Assembly: GCF_006345805.1 (NCBI RefSeq) | Contig: NC_043000.1 | Location: 67,456,001 to 67,520,000 of the forward strand | Length of the DNA stretch: 64,000 bases | Direction of reading: 5' to 3' | DNA from: Octopus sinensis | Taxonomy: Eukaryota | In this document: positions 40,102-54,600 of the stretch, in pieces | Position numbering within the stretch: position 1 is the first letter of the stretch | How the letters are laid out: every line of letters starts with the position of its first letter | Position numbers and translations under genes: made by a program | The notes under the pieces: generated by a model | Seen by the model: the letters and a program-made list of their open reading frames with translations, nothing else | The model's database searches: none | What the model was told of the DNA's origin: nothing

Positions 40102-40539
40102 AAATAATGATAATAATATTTATGAAAAATGGAATTTGTGCCAAGAGAATGTAAATGTAAAAGGATTTAAAATTTCTGAAATAAAATTCGAGAAAAGAAC
40201 TTAACGATTCAGTATAAATTTTAGATAAAACAAACCAACAAACCAAATGTGCTAACGCCTGATCAACTATAAACACAAATATCAAGTAACAAGATAGCCT
40301 TAATGAAAATGAGAAAGTGGTAAATTGAAAAAGTTCTAAACTTTTGATTGAAACATCGGGACATTTATTATATATAACAGTATAAGACCGTCACTAAAAA
40401 CTCCCAATATTTGACGCACAATTCGCTAAATTCAGTAATGATAAAGCCTGTCTAAATCATAAAAGTCATAAAGCAAACTTACAAATCATTGACATAAACA
40501 GAATAAGTAGATTATATTGAAGAGAAATCAGTTATGTTC

Positions 40540-41960
40540 AATGTAGTATAAATTGTAGCACAAATGGCAGAGAAAACGTTAATGGTGTAAGGGTCAGTTT
40601 CTAAGGCCTAAAATGGCAAATGCCGAATTTAATCGGATGGATTGATTATATGAAAACATAAGATAGCAGATCATATTAGAAATCCTGTATATTTGTATAC
40701 TACCAGTAATAAAATGAATTAATTAATAGTAATATGGCTGCATAGAAGTTAAAGTGTTATGAATCGGTGACATACATACGAAAGTAGTACCGGAGCATCA
40801 TTTCAAACTTTTACATTGAGTGCAAAACACAAAAGTTGAGGGTTTTGGAGAGAAAGTAAGATGAACGTAACTCCTTAACAGAACTCTCTAAGAAATAGTA
40901 CATACACTGAATAGGAATAATAATCGGCAGTGACTTAAAATCGATAAAAAGAGAAATAAATAAAACAGAAGCAATTAGCCTCATCACATCTGATTGTTAT
41001 GTTAATGCACCGTGAAATAGGTTTAGAGTAAACAAAAATCAATTATAGAACAATCGTAAGCGTAAAGCATGTGCTCGTCAGAAAAAAGGAAAATCACTAA
41101 TACAAATAATAGTAAGTAGTAGTAATAATATTTTATAACATAAAGATAGTCTCAAGAATGTAGACTCAACCTACAAAAGGCGGCAGTCAAATAAATATTC
41201 AACAAGTACCTCCATACCCATAAAATAAGGAACTGTACTAGCTTACAGATTTTCAAGCAATATTACGTAAAGCACTTTTAGGCATGGCTGTGTAATTAAG
41301 ATCACATCGAAACTATGGGCTTCCAGGTTCGATACCATCGTTTTAGATCTTGGGAAGATGTCTTCTATCAAGGCCTTTGGTAGAATAAAGCTTTGTAATG
41401 CAAATTTAATAGATATGAAAACTGTTCTTGTTCCTGGGTGGCAAATATATCAGAGCCAGTCTAACACCACCACTTGCTCCTTGGATGTTTTTAGCGGTTT
41501 CCCCTCTGTTTTAAGGATTTGTACCAAGGTTCCAGTTTGAAAGAAGCTTCTCTTCGTACCATCTGTGATAAAAGTTCTTGACAGACTTGACTTAATCCTT
41601 AAAACATTAAACAGAAAAAAAAGCAAAAGTCCCATAATTAGGACCCAAACCTACAGGATGTACAACAGAAAGTATAAAAGGAACAACAACAATAACAACT
41701 ACTTTCCTCCTTCTCGTCATAATCAGCCTCATCATCATCCTTATCCTCATCCTAATCCTCCTCATTATTATTGTAGTTTTTGTTATTTATTTATGTTACT
41801 TGACGCAAGAGCCTCGGATAGTAGGACACTACCAAAACAATGTCTCAGAAGGATAAAATCAATTGAGAAAGACAAAAAATGCGCATGGCAAAAACCAGCA
41901 TACAAATATAATGAAATGATGTTATTCTAATAGCGAGACAGCAGCATAGGACATAAAGGA
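40540..41960 (+). mobile_element. Scattered, highly decayed RLE-LINE remnants mixed with an old SINE head
   Basis: IGWIDYMKT*DS at about 40630-40670 preceded by a CKGQF (CKDQL-like) motif. Other matches are weak. Confidence 0.4.
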
Positions 41961-41999
41961 CCCCCCCCCCCACACACACACACACACATACAAATCCAG

Positions 42000-43300
42000 A
42001 ATTCCCCTGATTACTAAATGTGTTTTTTCTCACCTGTATTCTTCGGCTTATAGCTACATGCTGAGAACTGGCCAATCCACGCTAGTCGTTCTCGATATCT
42101 TCACTCACCTTCAAGCAAGTTCGCTGCATAATAACTGTCCTTCCTCTCCACCCTAAATCCTCTCCAAATGACATTTGAAAATATTGATGCGGACTTAGCT
42201 AAAGAGGAAGTGTCTACATGGATTTGCACTCTAATCCACCCAACAAATGTCAGTCACCAGCCTCCCCAGCTCTTCATAAGTCAGCAATGCTCGAGCACAG
42301 AAAGGTGCGTGTACAGCGATTTCGTCGTTCGGCGCGCATCTCTAACAAGCCTTGTTCACGGAGCTACAGTTCACATAAAGATTTGAGCAGACCGGCAGCA
42401 GTACCTTCTAGTAAACACTTCCAGGCCAGAGATCTCTGGAAGTTGTCAACAGTAACCGGGTTGTGAGCTCTCAGGAATAGTCTTGGTCATCAGGATTAGA
42501 TTGATACTCAATGCTCTGAATATCCTTGGAATGGTCATTGGTCTTGCTTATCGTTGGCCATCCATAAATTGATGGGTTATTGTACCACCGCCTGCTTTGA
42601 CAGTCTGATAGAAAATTCCTAGCAAGTTCATAACTAGACATTCAATTTTGTCCTTACTTCGCAAAGGACTGCTAGCCTCATGGGGGCTAGCAGCGAATAA
42701 ATGTGCCTCTCAAATGGCTATTACACCTTCTCATTGTCTATAAATCACTGTAGACTCCACAGCTTCAGCGTATATATGTGCAAGTCAACCACGGCATGCT
42801 GAACTCTTTACGCAGAGTGTTGGTAGCAATAAAATCTTTGACCAGTAGAACTCGTTTATTTTCCCAAAAAGCGAAATAGATGATCCAGCCTTTTTAGATT
42901 AAAAATTGGAGTAAGATGCAATGACCAAACTGTAATATATACAAATAGGAGACGATGTAAGTGCCCTCCACTTCTCTCCAACTTTTAAGAGATAGTTTCT
43001 TAGCCCATTTCTCGATGAACGTGGACAAGTAGCGCGTAGCCTCATCCCAAGTCTTATCCAGCAAGTCTCACACCGATGCATGTTAACAGGAAAGCCAACC
43101 CTGCTCTCCACAACTCTGGCGCTGCTGCTTCTCAAGTTCTGAGTCGCAAGCCTACCGATGTGCTGGACTCGACGTTGAAACAGAATTTTCTTGATTGTGA
43201 TGCAGAGTCAAAGCCTTCTTGCAAAAAACCATGAAAGATACTTAATGAAAAAGAATACATTAAGTAAATGCAGTATTTATGGAAGTTGGGAAGAATCAAT
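42000..43300 (-). mobile_element. Decayed RTE-clade LINE fragment
   Basis: Minus-strand motifs in the correct order: KKAFD (~43215), FNLKRL (~42895), MAND (~42555, YADD position) and RLAWIG (~42080). Confidence 0.6.
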
Positions 43301-43495
43301 TAACCGTATTGCATTCTCAGCAAAGAAAGTATGGGCCAAAAGGTTTCTAGTTTAGTCGCTAAGTTCGCAATCTTGAGAGCAGGAATAATTTGATACCGTC
43401 AACCAAGGTACTTGACCAGTATCGTAGTTTATGAGTTAGGATGATGGTGCTTCAGGTAATGACAACAACAACAGCAATAATAATAATAATAATAA

Positions 43496-43691
43496 TCCTT
43501 TCTACTATAGGCACAAGGCCTGACATTTGGGTTAAGTCTGCCCCAGCGTTCAACTGGTACTTAATTTATCGACCCCAAAAAGATGAAAAGGAAAGTCGAC
43601 CTCGGCGAAATTTGAACTCAAAACGTCAAGGCGGACGAAATACCGATTAGCATGTCGCCCGGCGTGCAAACGTTTCTGCCAATTCACCGTC
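43496..43691 (-). mobile_element. SINE S1 with (ATT)n tail
   Basis: Reverse complement of the S1 head, body and tagtagaaagg(att)n tail. Confidence 0.85.
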
Positions 43692-44566
43692 TTCTTAATA
43701 ATAATAGTAACTCCTACTCTTTTGCCAAACTCTGACTCAATTAAGAAATATGTTGAGTAAAATCGCTAATGTTTATAGATGCTATAGGCAACTATAAAAC
43801 ATCTCTTCTAAATCGAAAACATAAATCTATTTACAAGGGATAATAGCCAGCTGGAAAAACATACTAAAAACTGTTCATAAAAATTGGGATGGGATTAGAC
43901 AAATGTATCGCTGCTTTTGTGAGAAGTGAGCAACTAAATTAAATTGAAAATATTCAATCTGATACAGACATCGAAATGAAATAAATTGACTTGAACCACT
44001 CATAAAAATAACCAGAAGCAGATGAAACTGATAAAATGTTAGAAAAGTGTTACAAGAAGTCATACTTGTATTAAAACTGAACTCAGTGTTACCAACAAGA
44101 TAATAAGTATAAATATACTAGCCATCTTGGTTATAAATTACAGCGTTCACATAATAAACTGAAAAGATGAAACCGAACTCTGCATAACTATTGATACAAG
44201 TCGACAGTTTCTACAAGGTAACAACACTTGGACAAGAGAATCACTTAGAAGTATGCAAAAATAAACTGGTTTGTATTATATGGAAATATGAAAAATATTA
44301 CATATATGTATGACATTGTTCAGTTTTATTTCAAAATTTCTTGCCAATAGGGAAAGAGCCGGTTTCTAACGTAGATGCAAGGCTCCTTCACTGAAATTTC
44401 AACATCAACAACAGGGTATGTATGTATGTATGTATGTATGTATGTATGTATGTATGTATGTATGTATGTATGTATGTATGCGTACATGCACTTGCGTGTG
44501 TGTTTGTGTATATATGCGTGCATATGTGCATATGTACGCATGAGTACATACATACATGTATGTATG

Positions 44567-44635
<69 letters not shown>

Positions 44636-44769
44636 AAAATGTTTACTTTCGAACCAACAGAAACTGTTCAAAAATAAAACATACATTAGAACTGAAAAAC
44701 TGAGTGCAGTCTCTCCAGGAAGTAGATAAACTATCAAAGCCATAAGGACCATAAAGGAGGAAGAAGTTT

Positions 44770-45900
44770 CGATTTTTGTTTTTAAGATTTGGCAGAGAGT
44801 AAGTAAACTAGAGTGGAAACCAACGATGAGTCAAAGGCTCGAGGAAAAAGAAAATAAATCTGATTTTAACAGCACAAGACTAACAAGTAGCTAAAAATAA
44901 CTATAAGCTAATGAAATAATGAAATAAAAACTAACATGAAGTACGGACTTATGCAACCAATACGAGAAGTTGATCATATGAGGTTTGATCAACCAGTTCT
45001 TGCTGAATCCAAGTTTAATTACAGACATGAACAAGCCGGCGTCTACGTTCACTGCACAATATACTGACAACTTAACGTGTAGAAGGATAAGAAAAAACTT
45101 GCATAAACTCCAACAACATACGGCATACTATAACTACTTTGCCACCATCACCCAAAACATGCTTATTGCGATTGTCAAGGAGATAATTCAAACAGTCCAG
45201 AGATAATAATCAAGAACAGGGTAAAATATGGTATGGTTGTACTGTATTAGGCATCACAAATCCTTTTCACTGAAATATTTATTCCTTTATTGCCCACAAG
45301 GGGCTAAACATAGAAATGACAAACAAGCACAGACAAATGGATTGAGTCGATTACATCGACACCAGCGCGTAACTGGTACTGATATAATCGACCCCGAAAG
45401 GATGAAAGGCAAAGTCGACCTCGACGGAATTTGAACTCAGAATGACACGGCATACGAAATACCTATTTCTATTTCTTTACTACCCACAAGGGGCTAAACA
45501 CAGAGAGGACAAACAAGAACAGACAAACGGATTAAGTCGATGTTATCGACCACAGTGCGTAACTGGTACTTATTTAATCGACCCCGAAAGGATGAAAGGC
45601 AAAGTCTACCTCGGCGGAATTTGAACTCAGAACGGCTACGCATTTCGCCCGGCGTGCTAACGTTTCTGCCAGCTCGCCGCCCTTTTTCACTTAAATATTG
45701 CATGAAAGGAAATAGAGGAACAACCAAAGCATAAGGACCTAGAAATAGAAATATGAAGGTAACACACATTCTTATGTAAATTTGGAATATTGTATATCAT
45801 AAAAAATATGAACAAAAATATACAATTATACAAGGTCATAACAGCTCGCTGTGTTAGGTACTGCCCATATCCTACACAAGACACTTTCAGTTCAACTACA
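44770..45900 (+). mobile_element. Decayed RLE-LINE 3' region interrupted by a SINE dimer
   Basis: LILTAQD-like motif at about 44860, NSPEIII at about 45190 (NRPDII position) and LGTAHIL at about 45855. Confidence 0.55.
45280..45681 (-). mobile_element. SINE S1 dimer with 16-bp TSD
   Basis: One headed unit plus one headless unit, flanked by ttttcact(g/t)aaatatt at 45264-45279 and 45684-45699. Confidence 0.88.
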
Positions 45901-46249
45901 CAACTTATAGTGTACATTCTCTGCTTACACTAGTTCTCTACAGAGAAACTACATAATAAAATGTACAATGTTCTACATATACTCTGTGGAATCATCAACA
46001 AGCAGTAACACAACAGACGAAGCATCAAAATAACAACAAAATCAACAGAGTGAACCCCACAACAATGCAAATATTTATATACTTTGCAGACACAATCCAG
46101 TATTTGCCAGAAACAATGTTGTATAAAACCGCAGGCGCTCTGATGTATAGATAGTAACTCTACATACATGAAACTGATGATGATGATGATGATAATGATG
46201 ATGAGGAGGAAGAGGAGGAGGAGGAGGGAGGAGGAGGAGGAGGAAGAGG

Positions 46250-46465
46250 ATGGAAAGTGCGTGTAAAATGTATCCCTGTAGTTATAGGTGCATTAGGAAC
46301 TATCTCTAAAGATTTGAGCAAATGGATAGAGGAAATAGGCATAAAACACTGTTATAAAGGACAGCTCGAATACTAAGGAGCGTTTTTGGCATCTAAGGTT
46401 ACTTGTTGTTGCCCGACGTTAGGAATTTTTATTTTCCAACAGACTAATCTGTTGTGCGTATATGA
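46250..46465 (+). mobile_element. RLE-LINE extreme 3' fragment
   Basis: WKVRVKCIPVVIGALGTISKDLSKWIEEIGI followed by a UTR and a short AAT tail. Confidence 0.75.
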
Positions 46466-47299
46466 ATATAATAATAATAAATATGCATTACTACTGTATC
46501 TAACACTGACCAAAACTATAAGAGGCATGTCTAATTTGGTGTAAAACCATGAAATAATATACGAATACAAGCACCATCAGAATATTCCGAGATTATAATA
46601 AGATACCTCAATTTCAATATTTAAAATTTAACAGCTCATAAAAAGAATACGCACTGAAAATAAAACAAAAATTAAATGACTTCGGATGAAAATTATGGCC
46701 ATTGAAAGATCATCGCAGAAGCTAACCACACACAAGACATAAAACAATAAAAAATGACCAATGAAAGTACTACCAAATTCACCACACTGAAACATTATAG
46801 CAAAAATGCAAAACAGATACAAAGAAAAAGAAAAGAATTAAAATCTAAAATTATGAAGTCCCTTGAAATATTCAAGGTACAATAAATATACATGCATCAA
46901 AATAAATCAACCAAATTTACCAGGCCCTAACAGAAACATTAAAGTAGAAATCGATGAACATAGATCAACCTATACACCTGGTCAAACGACAAACAAGCAG
47001 CCTTGCGATACGATAAGTTAATGCTGACAGGGTTCTGAAAGAAATTCCGTCCACGGAAACAAATTACTAGAATATCAACAGATTAAATAAGTTTAATCAA
47101 TTAAGTAGTATTTGTAGTATCGAAGGAGTCAAGTTTCCTCCTCGGAAAGTCAGATAAATTTCTCAAACAAACCTTAAAAAAACATGTAAAAGAAATATGC
47201 CACATAAAATTTTAAAAAAACAAGGCTCTCTCTTTATTTAGTGAAATAGAAAAGGAATGGTCGACCACGAAAAAGAAAAAAAAACGCGAATACTTAAAA

Positions 47300-48853
47300 G
47301 TATCTCAGTAAAAACAAATAACCTGGAAGCAAGAGAAAAGCTTCAGCAAATCATATCAACAAAAGCATGCAGGATAAAGACACTTCAAGAAAGTTGAGTG
47401 CTTCAAGGAGAATCAAATAACAAAATATTTTGCAAGAACATTAGTAGGAGAAAAATAACGCTAGAGGACACATTAATATCAACAACAGTTGAAACGTATA
47501 ATATGAAGCAACGGCAGTTCAACGATGGAATATGGAATAAAACTATTCAACAGAATTAAAAGTACAATAGTTCAGAAATACAATAACAATTCATGCTTCA
47601 CTATAGTCGGTTAGGAACTCTCCAGCACTTTTATAAGTTGCACGAAATTTGAAATCTCAAGGGATCGAAACAAAGATCTCCAATTTCTGGCTGAAGTAAT
47701 CTGAGCCAGAAATTTGTCGCAGTAACATTCAATAAACTGGTATGCTGACCAGTGTCAAAATATAAACGACTACTGGAGAGAGAAATTAATCCCATTCCCT
47801 TATCACCAGCAAAAATTATCGGAGACCATCAAAACTACAGACCTATAACAAAATGATAAAGAACCATATCATTGTGGAGTAAAGAGAAGATTAAAAGCAG
47901 TCATATGCCCATATAATCAGGTATCTTTCAGGGAGATTCCTGATGTCCCTATTCTTTTCTTTCGAGGATTGATCGCCATTAACAAATCTAAATGAAACTA
48001 CCAACTTTAAAACATGTCTTCTACATGATGACTTAAAACTATTTACTGAGGGTAATAACTGTTCATGAATTCAGTCAAGCTATAAAAATGTGTATGAGAC
48101 TGGACTAATGTGCTAAAACAACCACGAGATACGACAAATTAATTAAAACAATAAATTAGAAATAGACATGGAAATCAGAGAATGAGACAAGAACTGGCTG
48201 TACAGATCTTTAAGAAGTGAAACTGATATAATATAATGCACTGAAATCAAGGAGAAAATTAGAAAACAAGTGTCAGACTAATATTAAAAAATAGTTCACG
48301 GCTCGAAATAAGATAATCGATAATATCATTCTGCTTGTCTCGATATGTATTCCTGCATTACTGTTTTAACGATCTTAACTAAGGAAGGAAATCAAGGACA
48401 TAATGGAAATAATTAACATAATGAAATAAAATCATAACACTGTTCAGATTTATACATCAAATAAAAAATAAGTATATTTATAAAAAGTGGAGTTTGTACA
48501 CTGCAGTTTCAACGTAATAAACTGAATGTTAAGTGAATTCCTCAGACAGGGAGTTTAGGCTTTGATGTAGTCAGAGTACTACTCAAAAGTAACAGCTGCG
48601 GAACTATCAAAATACTTAAAATTACACAATGTGAGACTCATATGTGTAATAAGGGAAGACGAAGGAGAATAAATAATTTCTTTATATATACGGACAAACT
48701 AGAAGCTAACTATTCCGAAGAAAAAGGTTTATATTTGGCCAAAAGTTACAAAGGAAGAGAAAATAAACAAAAGACAAGAACAAAAAGGAATTCGTAAATT
48801 TATCAAAGTTTATAATAAAAAAACTACATGGTCTCTACTCTAGGAAACTCGAC

Positions 48854-48896
<43 letters not shown>

Positions 48897-49100
48897 AGTA
48901 AGCCAAAATGAAAGTCCACAATGACTTAAAAGCACTGAACTAACAACAGAAACGAACTCTATGATTTTAGGTATACAGTATCAATTCCTAGCCACAAATG
49001 AAATAATAAAACAAATGCAGATTATGCAATAAAATGAAGGATTACCCACATTATTTCTGGCTACCCAGACATGCAGCAGCTTTTTCCATACACACAACAC
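47300..49100 (+). mobile_element. Ancient RLE-LINE RT region
   Basis: NFWLK (~47690), NYRPIT (~47835), GIFQGDSL (~47920) and an FY(M)DDLKLF-like motif (~48020) in order, with many lesions. Confidence 0.65.
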
Positions 49101-50169
49101 AGAATGAGTTCTACAGCACCGTCTGTTTTAAAGATATTCCTTAATATAAAGTAGAAGTATGTAAATATTGCTTTAAAACACTGTTGGACATATGCCTTGC
49201 ACTGTACCGAAAAGGAAAATGCATGCAACGGTGAAAAGTTTGATTGCACCCACACATTCTAGACATAAACTATAGTGATGGGGTAAAAGTGTAAACATTT
49301 TATAGTAATACTGGTGTAGGTGTAGCGAACTGCGCCCTCATCTCTGGATTACAACGAAGGAAGTAGACTAAAATTCTAACCATTGTGTTAACATTTTCTG
49401 CGCAAAATAAAATAATGTGACCATCTCATATCACACTTTGTTCATTAAATAGAAAACAATGTAGCTGGTATACATTATCGTATTCTATTTGCACTGAATA
49501 TAAAGGGAAGAAGAATTATATCAAAATATAAGTATGAACAAACGGAAAATCATGTAATATTTATGGAAAGCTTGTACAGGGTCAGATGGTTGTCTTCCTG
49601 TAGTGATGGGCGCTGCAATCTATACTTTTCCTTAATCGTATCATAGAATCCACCTTCACAATGATATACAGTTGAGAAAGAAGGAGTGATTTAAGTGTTT
49701 TCACTGCAATGATGGGCTAGTCCTGCTTTACATTCAACCAGTTTCATTACTCTGTTATTTTTGAAATCCGTCAACTCATCTTCTGAAATAGTAAATTTTA
49801 CTGACTGGCACACTTTTACATGAACGATTCACACACATAGCACAAAGAAGTTACATGAAATAACGGAAAATGCTGGTCAATATTTTTACACAACAATGAC
49901 AAATTTTGTAGAGTTAGTTCAACGGAAGTCCAGCTTACAAGATTTCGTTAACTCAAACATTTAAGTTTTGTTGTCTATTTATATGAACTTTCCACATCCA
50001 TATTGAGTTAGTTCAATGGTTGGAGAATGCTAAAGATGCAACGTCATTGCACTTCTCCTCCTTAAACAGAGCAGCCAACACAAAATTCTCAAACACGAAA
50101 AATAAAGATAGAATTTCTTCGCTTAATTAGAGACTTTGAAAGAGCAATGTACTCTGACTCTCGTTTAGT

Positions 50170-52605
50170 TATCAGGGCTGTATCTTAGGGTATTGATAGG
50201 GTCTTGGGAACCCATATTTTTGTCAATGTGTTTGTATTTGGTGATTTCAATGGTCACTGACGGACCAAGAGTAGTTTCGTATAATTTCTCTCTGGCTCAT
50301 GATCTCAGGCAGATCATTGACTTCCCAACCAGGTTTCCTGACAGTGATACTGGCACTTCTTTGCTTGATCTCCTGACTTCTGTTCCAGAAAATTGGAAAC
50401 TTCTTTCCCTCCTTTTGGTTAATCGGATCATGCAGTAGTCACTGTCAATGTTGAATTTGTTACTGTCGCTGATGTAGATAAACCCTATCATTGTAAGATT
50501 TTCCACTTCACAAAGGTTGATAGGAATGAATTTCGTTCCTTTCTTCAAGATGTTCATTTGAAAAGTGTCTTTGGGAAAGCAGCCTCTGATGCTGTAGCCG
50601 AATTCACAGAGTGAGTATAGATTGGTATTGACACTTTTATTCGCAATTTCAGGTAAAAGCCTCGATTTTCGCATTGGTTCAAAGGCACAGTATGTATCTG
50701 CTATTGCTCATCGAAATTTCTTTTTCTCGGCTCACTTTTCGGTAAGCCAGCAATGCACGTAAAAGGTCTATTACTGATGCTAAATCTTTTTTATGTATGC
50801 AGGAACTGTGAATACATAGCCTCACAGAGGCTTGGAAGTCGCGACTTTTGGAAAATATATACAATAGTGTTATCAGTTATGGTAATTCTGTTGTGCCCCC
50901 ACTTTTTGATAGTGCCAGATGTTTTAGGTCTTCCATAGAAAAACAACTGACCACTTTACTTGTTTGTTTGCTGCTAACTCTATCCTTGATGACTTGGATA
51001 CCTGTTCTATACAGAACAAGTACTTGATTCTGTAGTTATGACTCCGAACTTATTGGCTAGAGTGATCGATGGGCTTAATCAGTCTAAAGTATCTCGTCCT
51101 GACACATTCCTGTGGTTGTCTTGAAACAGTGTACTCCCCAGGTGTCTTCTTTGCTCTTTCTAAGTTATTTAATCTGCGTCTTACTAAATTTTGTTTTTCA
51201 TCTCGCTGGAAGGTATGTAACGTTGTCCTAATTTTAAGTCTGATGATGAGCCTTCTGGTCCAAACAAATATCCTTCAGCAGGTCTTTCCTTGGTTGTTAG
51301 CAAGATTTTTGAACTACTCAGAAACAACAGGTTGGTTGAATTTCTTGAAGCCTTGGGACTTCAAGAAATTCAGTATGTTCAGTATGGCTTTCTCTCGTTC
51401 TACTACTGATCCTATGACTGTTATTACAGATCGCATATATCAATTTATGGATAAATCAGGAGCGGCGCGTGCTGTAAATCTTAATATATCCAAAGTTTTT
51501 GATGGGGTTTGGCATGCTGGTTTGCTCCTTAAATTCTCTACCTATGGTGTATGTAGAAAGGTCTTTGATGTTAGAAGATCGTTCTTTTCTGCTCGTTGTG
51601 TAAGCGTGGCTGGAAGATGTTATTTCTTCTGAGTATTCTGTTACTACCAGTGCTCCTCAATGAACACTGGTCCAACTCTATTTTCTTCATCAAAAACCAT
51701 CCTGCTAATATTCACCAATTCATCGGTTTTTATGCTGATGTTACTACTCATTATTCTGATTTTCCTGGCAATCCCTCTCCCTTGAAACATTTGGAATTTG
51801 CTGCTAATTTTGAGGTGGATCTACAGGCTGTTAAGAAATGGAGCAAGAAGTGGCTAGTAACTTTTAACCCTGGAAAGACTAAACTCGTGTCCTTCATTAG
51901 GAATCGGAATCCCTATCTTCCACCCATGTTCATGAGTTATAGGTCTGAGGTATCCCATGACACAGTCAAACTACTTGACGAAAAGTCTTCTTTGAAACTG
52001 CTTGGTCTTACTTTCTATCCCCATCTTCCTTACATACAGTCAATTTGTAGGTTTGCTTCCCGTAAGGCTGGATCATTGTATAGGTCAAAAGTCTACTTGA
52101 CATTTGAGGTTATTTCGTAACCAAACAATTCGTCCTTGTATGGAATACTGTTGTCATATTCGGACAGGAGCACCGTCTTGTCACTTGAATCTCCTCAACC
52201 GGGTTCAGAAGCGAGTCTCTAATTTGATTGGTCCCTCTGCAACCCTTCTTACATCCATATGGCGTCACCAATCTTATCCTTTTTTATCAGTATTGCCACA
52301 GGAAGTGCTCTGAGGAACTTCCTCTCTTAGTTCCAGATCACTTTGTAACATCTCGCCTGACTCGAAACGTACATCATCTTCATCCAAATGCTGTTGTGCT
52401 TCCACGGATAAGGAAGTCTTTTAACTGTTGTAGCTTTTTTTTTCTCGAACTTCCAAACTTTGGAACTCTCATTGTTTTCTGCTTCTTATAACCTGGACTT
52501 TTTCAAATCTAAAGTAAGTTAATCAATGTTCGTCTTAATTTCTCCTTGTTCATAGTCCTTACACAAAGTGGCTTCTTACCTTGTTTGAGTCTTTATTAAA
52601 GAAAA
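50170..52605 (+). mobile_element. Decayed CR1/L2-group LINE (APE end plus RT)
   Basis: PTRFPD..LLDLL, SDH, LGSRDFWK, RSTTD, LNISKVFDGVWHAGLL, FYADVTT, WSKKWLVTFNPGKTK and IRPCMEYCCHI, with an A-rich 3' end. Confidence 0.85.
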
Positions 52606-52849
52606 AATTAAAAAACGGGAAAAAGAGAGTGAAGAAAATAACCTCGATTTTTATAGTCTAGCTTTGTTGTAATTAATTCTTCTTACATTCTCATCAAGTA
52701 TTTTCTTTTTTTTTAGTTGAGAGGTAACTGATTTTGAAGTAAAGATTTTACTGTAGGGGAAGTATTTAAAAACAATTACTGTTTTCTTTCGTTTTATCAG
52801 TGCGGAGAATCCTTTCTACTTACATAGAGGGGATATTAACACTGTTTAT

Positions 52850-53480
52850 GGAGATGCCGATGCATACTATCAATGGTAAATCACGAGAAACGAAAAGATG
52901 TTAACGACATCAAAAATGTATTTGCTTTTTGTTGTTTATGGAAGTGGCTTACAAACAAAAGACAGTTCCACGATTTCTGTATTACAGACAACCCTATTAT
53001 GTGCTCACCTCTTCAACTGATATAAAGTCGAATGTTTGAAAGGAAGCTATCACTTCTGGTACATCTTGGGTCATATCTTTCCTATATCAACTAATGGTGT
53101 TATCTGACATAAGGTCGATAAGTATTTTACCATCTTCCCGCCAAACATATACAATTTTACAAATACTGGGAAAACTGCTGATTTGGCAAATGTGTGATAT
53201 TTTTTAGACTTTTACCTCGGTTTATACAAAGCTTGGAGCTTTGTCTTGATAAAATATATAGCTCGGTGTGCTTAATTAATCATGAGTCAGCTAAAAGTTT
53301 TAGTAGAGTACTTATATATAAGGAGGGGCAGTTTGAATGAAGTAATTTTGCTGCTCACTTGAAACCATCATCTGGCTTGTCAATTTCACAACAAACTAGA
53401 CACATATGATGCTGCTGCGCTTCTTTTGATGAAATAAATCCGGAAGGAAAACAGTTTTTATTATACTTGTGCACTACGCT
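52850..53480 (-). pseudogene. Decayed Helitron-type PIF1 helicase fragment (motifs I-III)
   Basis: Minus-strand remnants in order: AAAS..FKLPL, QDKAP (WDEAP position) and FGGKMV..CQITPLV (FGGK..GDFRQILPV). Confidence 0.55.
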
Positions 53481-53719
53481 TTTGGAATCATCACAACAGC
53501 ACTGCATGTCACTACAATATTAGTACCATCCACACTTAATATATTATCATAATCGAAATTGATTTTCATAACCAAAAGTCTGTCCATATCTAATGAATTC
53601 AGTGAAAAAAAAGGAAGTAAATTCGCAAGTAGCAAAACCAAAATAAATGCTCGGCAGTTATTGTGGTCGTTGATGTTAGAGATGAAAAATATTATACAAT
53701 AAAAAAAGAAATAAGTACT

Positions 53720-53798
53720 ACAACTCACACTAACACACACATATACTTATATATATGTATGTGTGTGTATATATACATATACACATATACATACACAT

Positions 53799-53885
<87 letters not shown>

Positions 53886-53990
53886 TGTATGTATGTATGT
53901 ATGTATGTATATGTATATGTATATATACACACACACATACATATATAATATATAAGTATATATGTGTATATTTGTATATGTGTGTAAATT
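53720..53990. repeat. (TA)n/(TATG)n/(CA)n microsatellites
   Basis: Directly visible. Confidence 0.95.
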
Positions 53991-54084
53991 TCTGAATTGA
54001 GATTGATGTTTTAGCACTGGAAAACTTCAGTATATAAAATGCGGAGGATTTTTCCATTTTTTTTTCCTTTCTTTTTTTACGTAA

Positions 54085-54600
54085 CCACTATAGCTGCATC
54101 GCCTTTAGAGAGTCGCAGAGCTCCATGCAACTGTCCATGCACAAATAGATCAGTTGAGAAGAACAGACTTATCTTATTCAAAGACTGACATTGAGATTTA
54201 TTGACTACCATTGCGAAATCCACTGCAAGCTCACGTAAGAGTGAATGTTAGAGTGGTGTCAGAAGGTCTCAGTTTAATTCTTGGCACAATGACATGTTTT
54301 CTATAATGTTCACCTTCTGTAAAAATGTCGCCTTCAATCATGCGTTCATACAAATGGGTTATTGGAATTCTTGTTCCGCTGCAAAGCCCATTAGCCTTAT
54401 TTCAATTTCGCAACAGCATTATAACATATCCTTTTTCGATTGCTTTCGTTCGTATTGGGTCTTGCTTCGTCTTTTTCATTTTACTTTCTTCTGTCTGTCA
54501 CCGTTTTTTATCGTTAGTATCTGTTTTCGATCATATCTCTTTCTGCAAACAGGCTCTACGGTGTTTAATAATGGTTTAATATATCAGTCCTAAATATCCT
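54085..54600 (-). pseudogene. Helitron-type PIF1 helicase C-terminal pseudogene fragment
   Basis: IMLLRN*NKANGLCSGTR...VIVPRIKLRPSDTTL...FAMVVNKSQCQSL...FVHGQLHGAL matches MLLRN..GLCNGTR, AMTINKSQGQSL and HGQLYVALSR. It may extend to about 55150. Confidence 0.85.
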
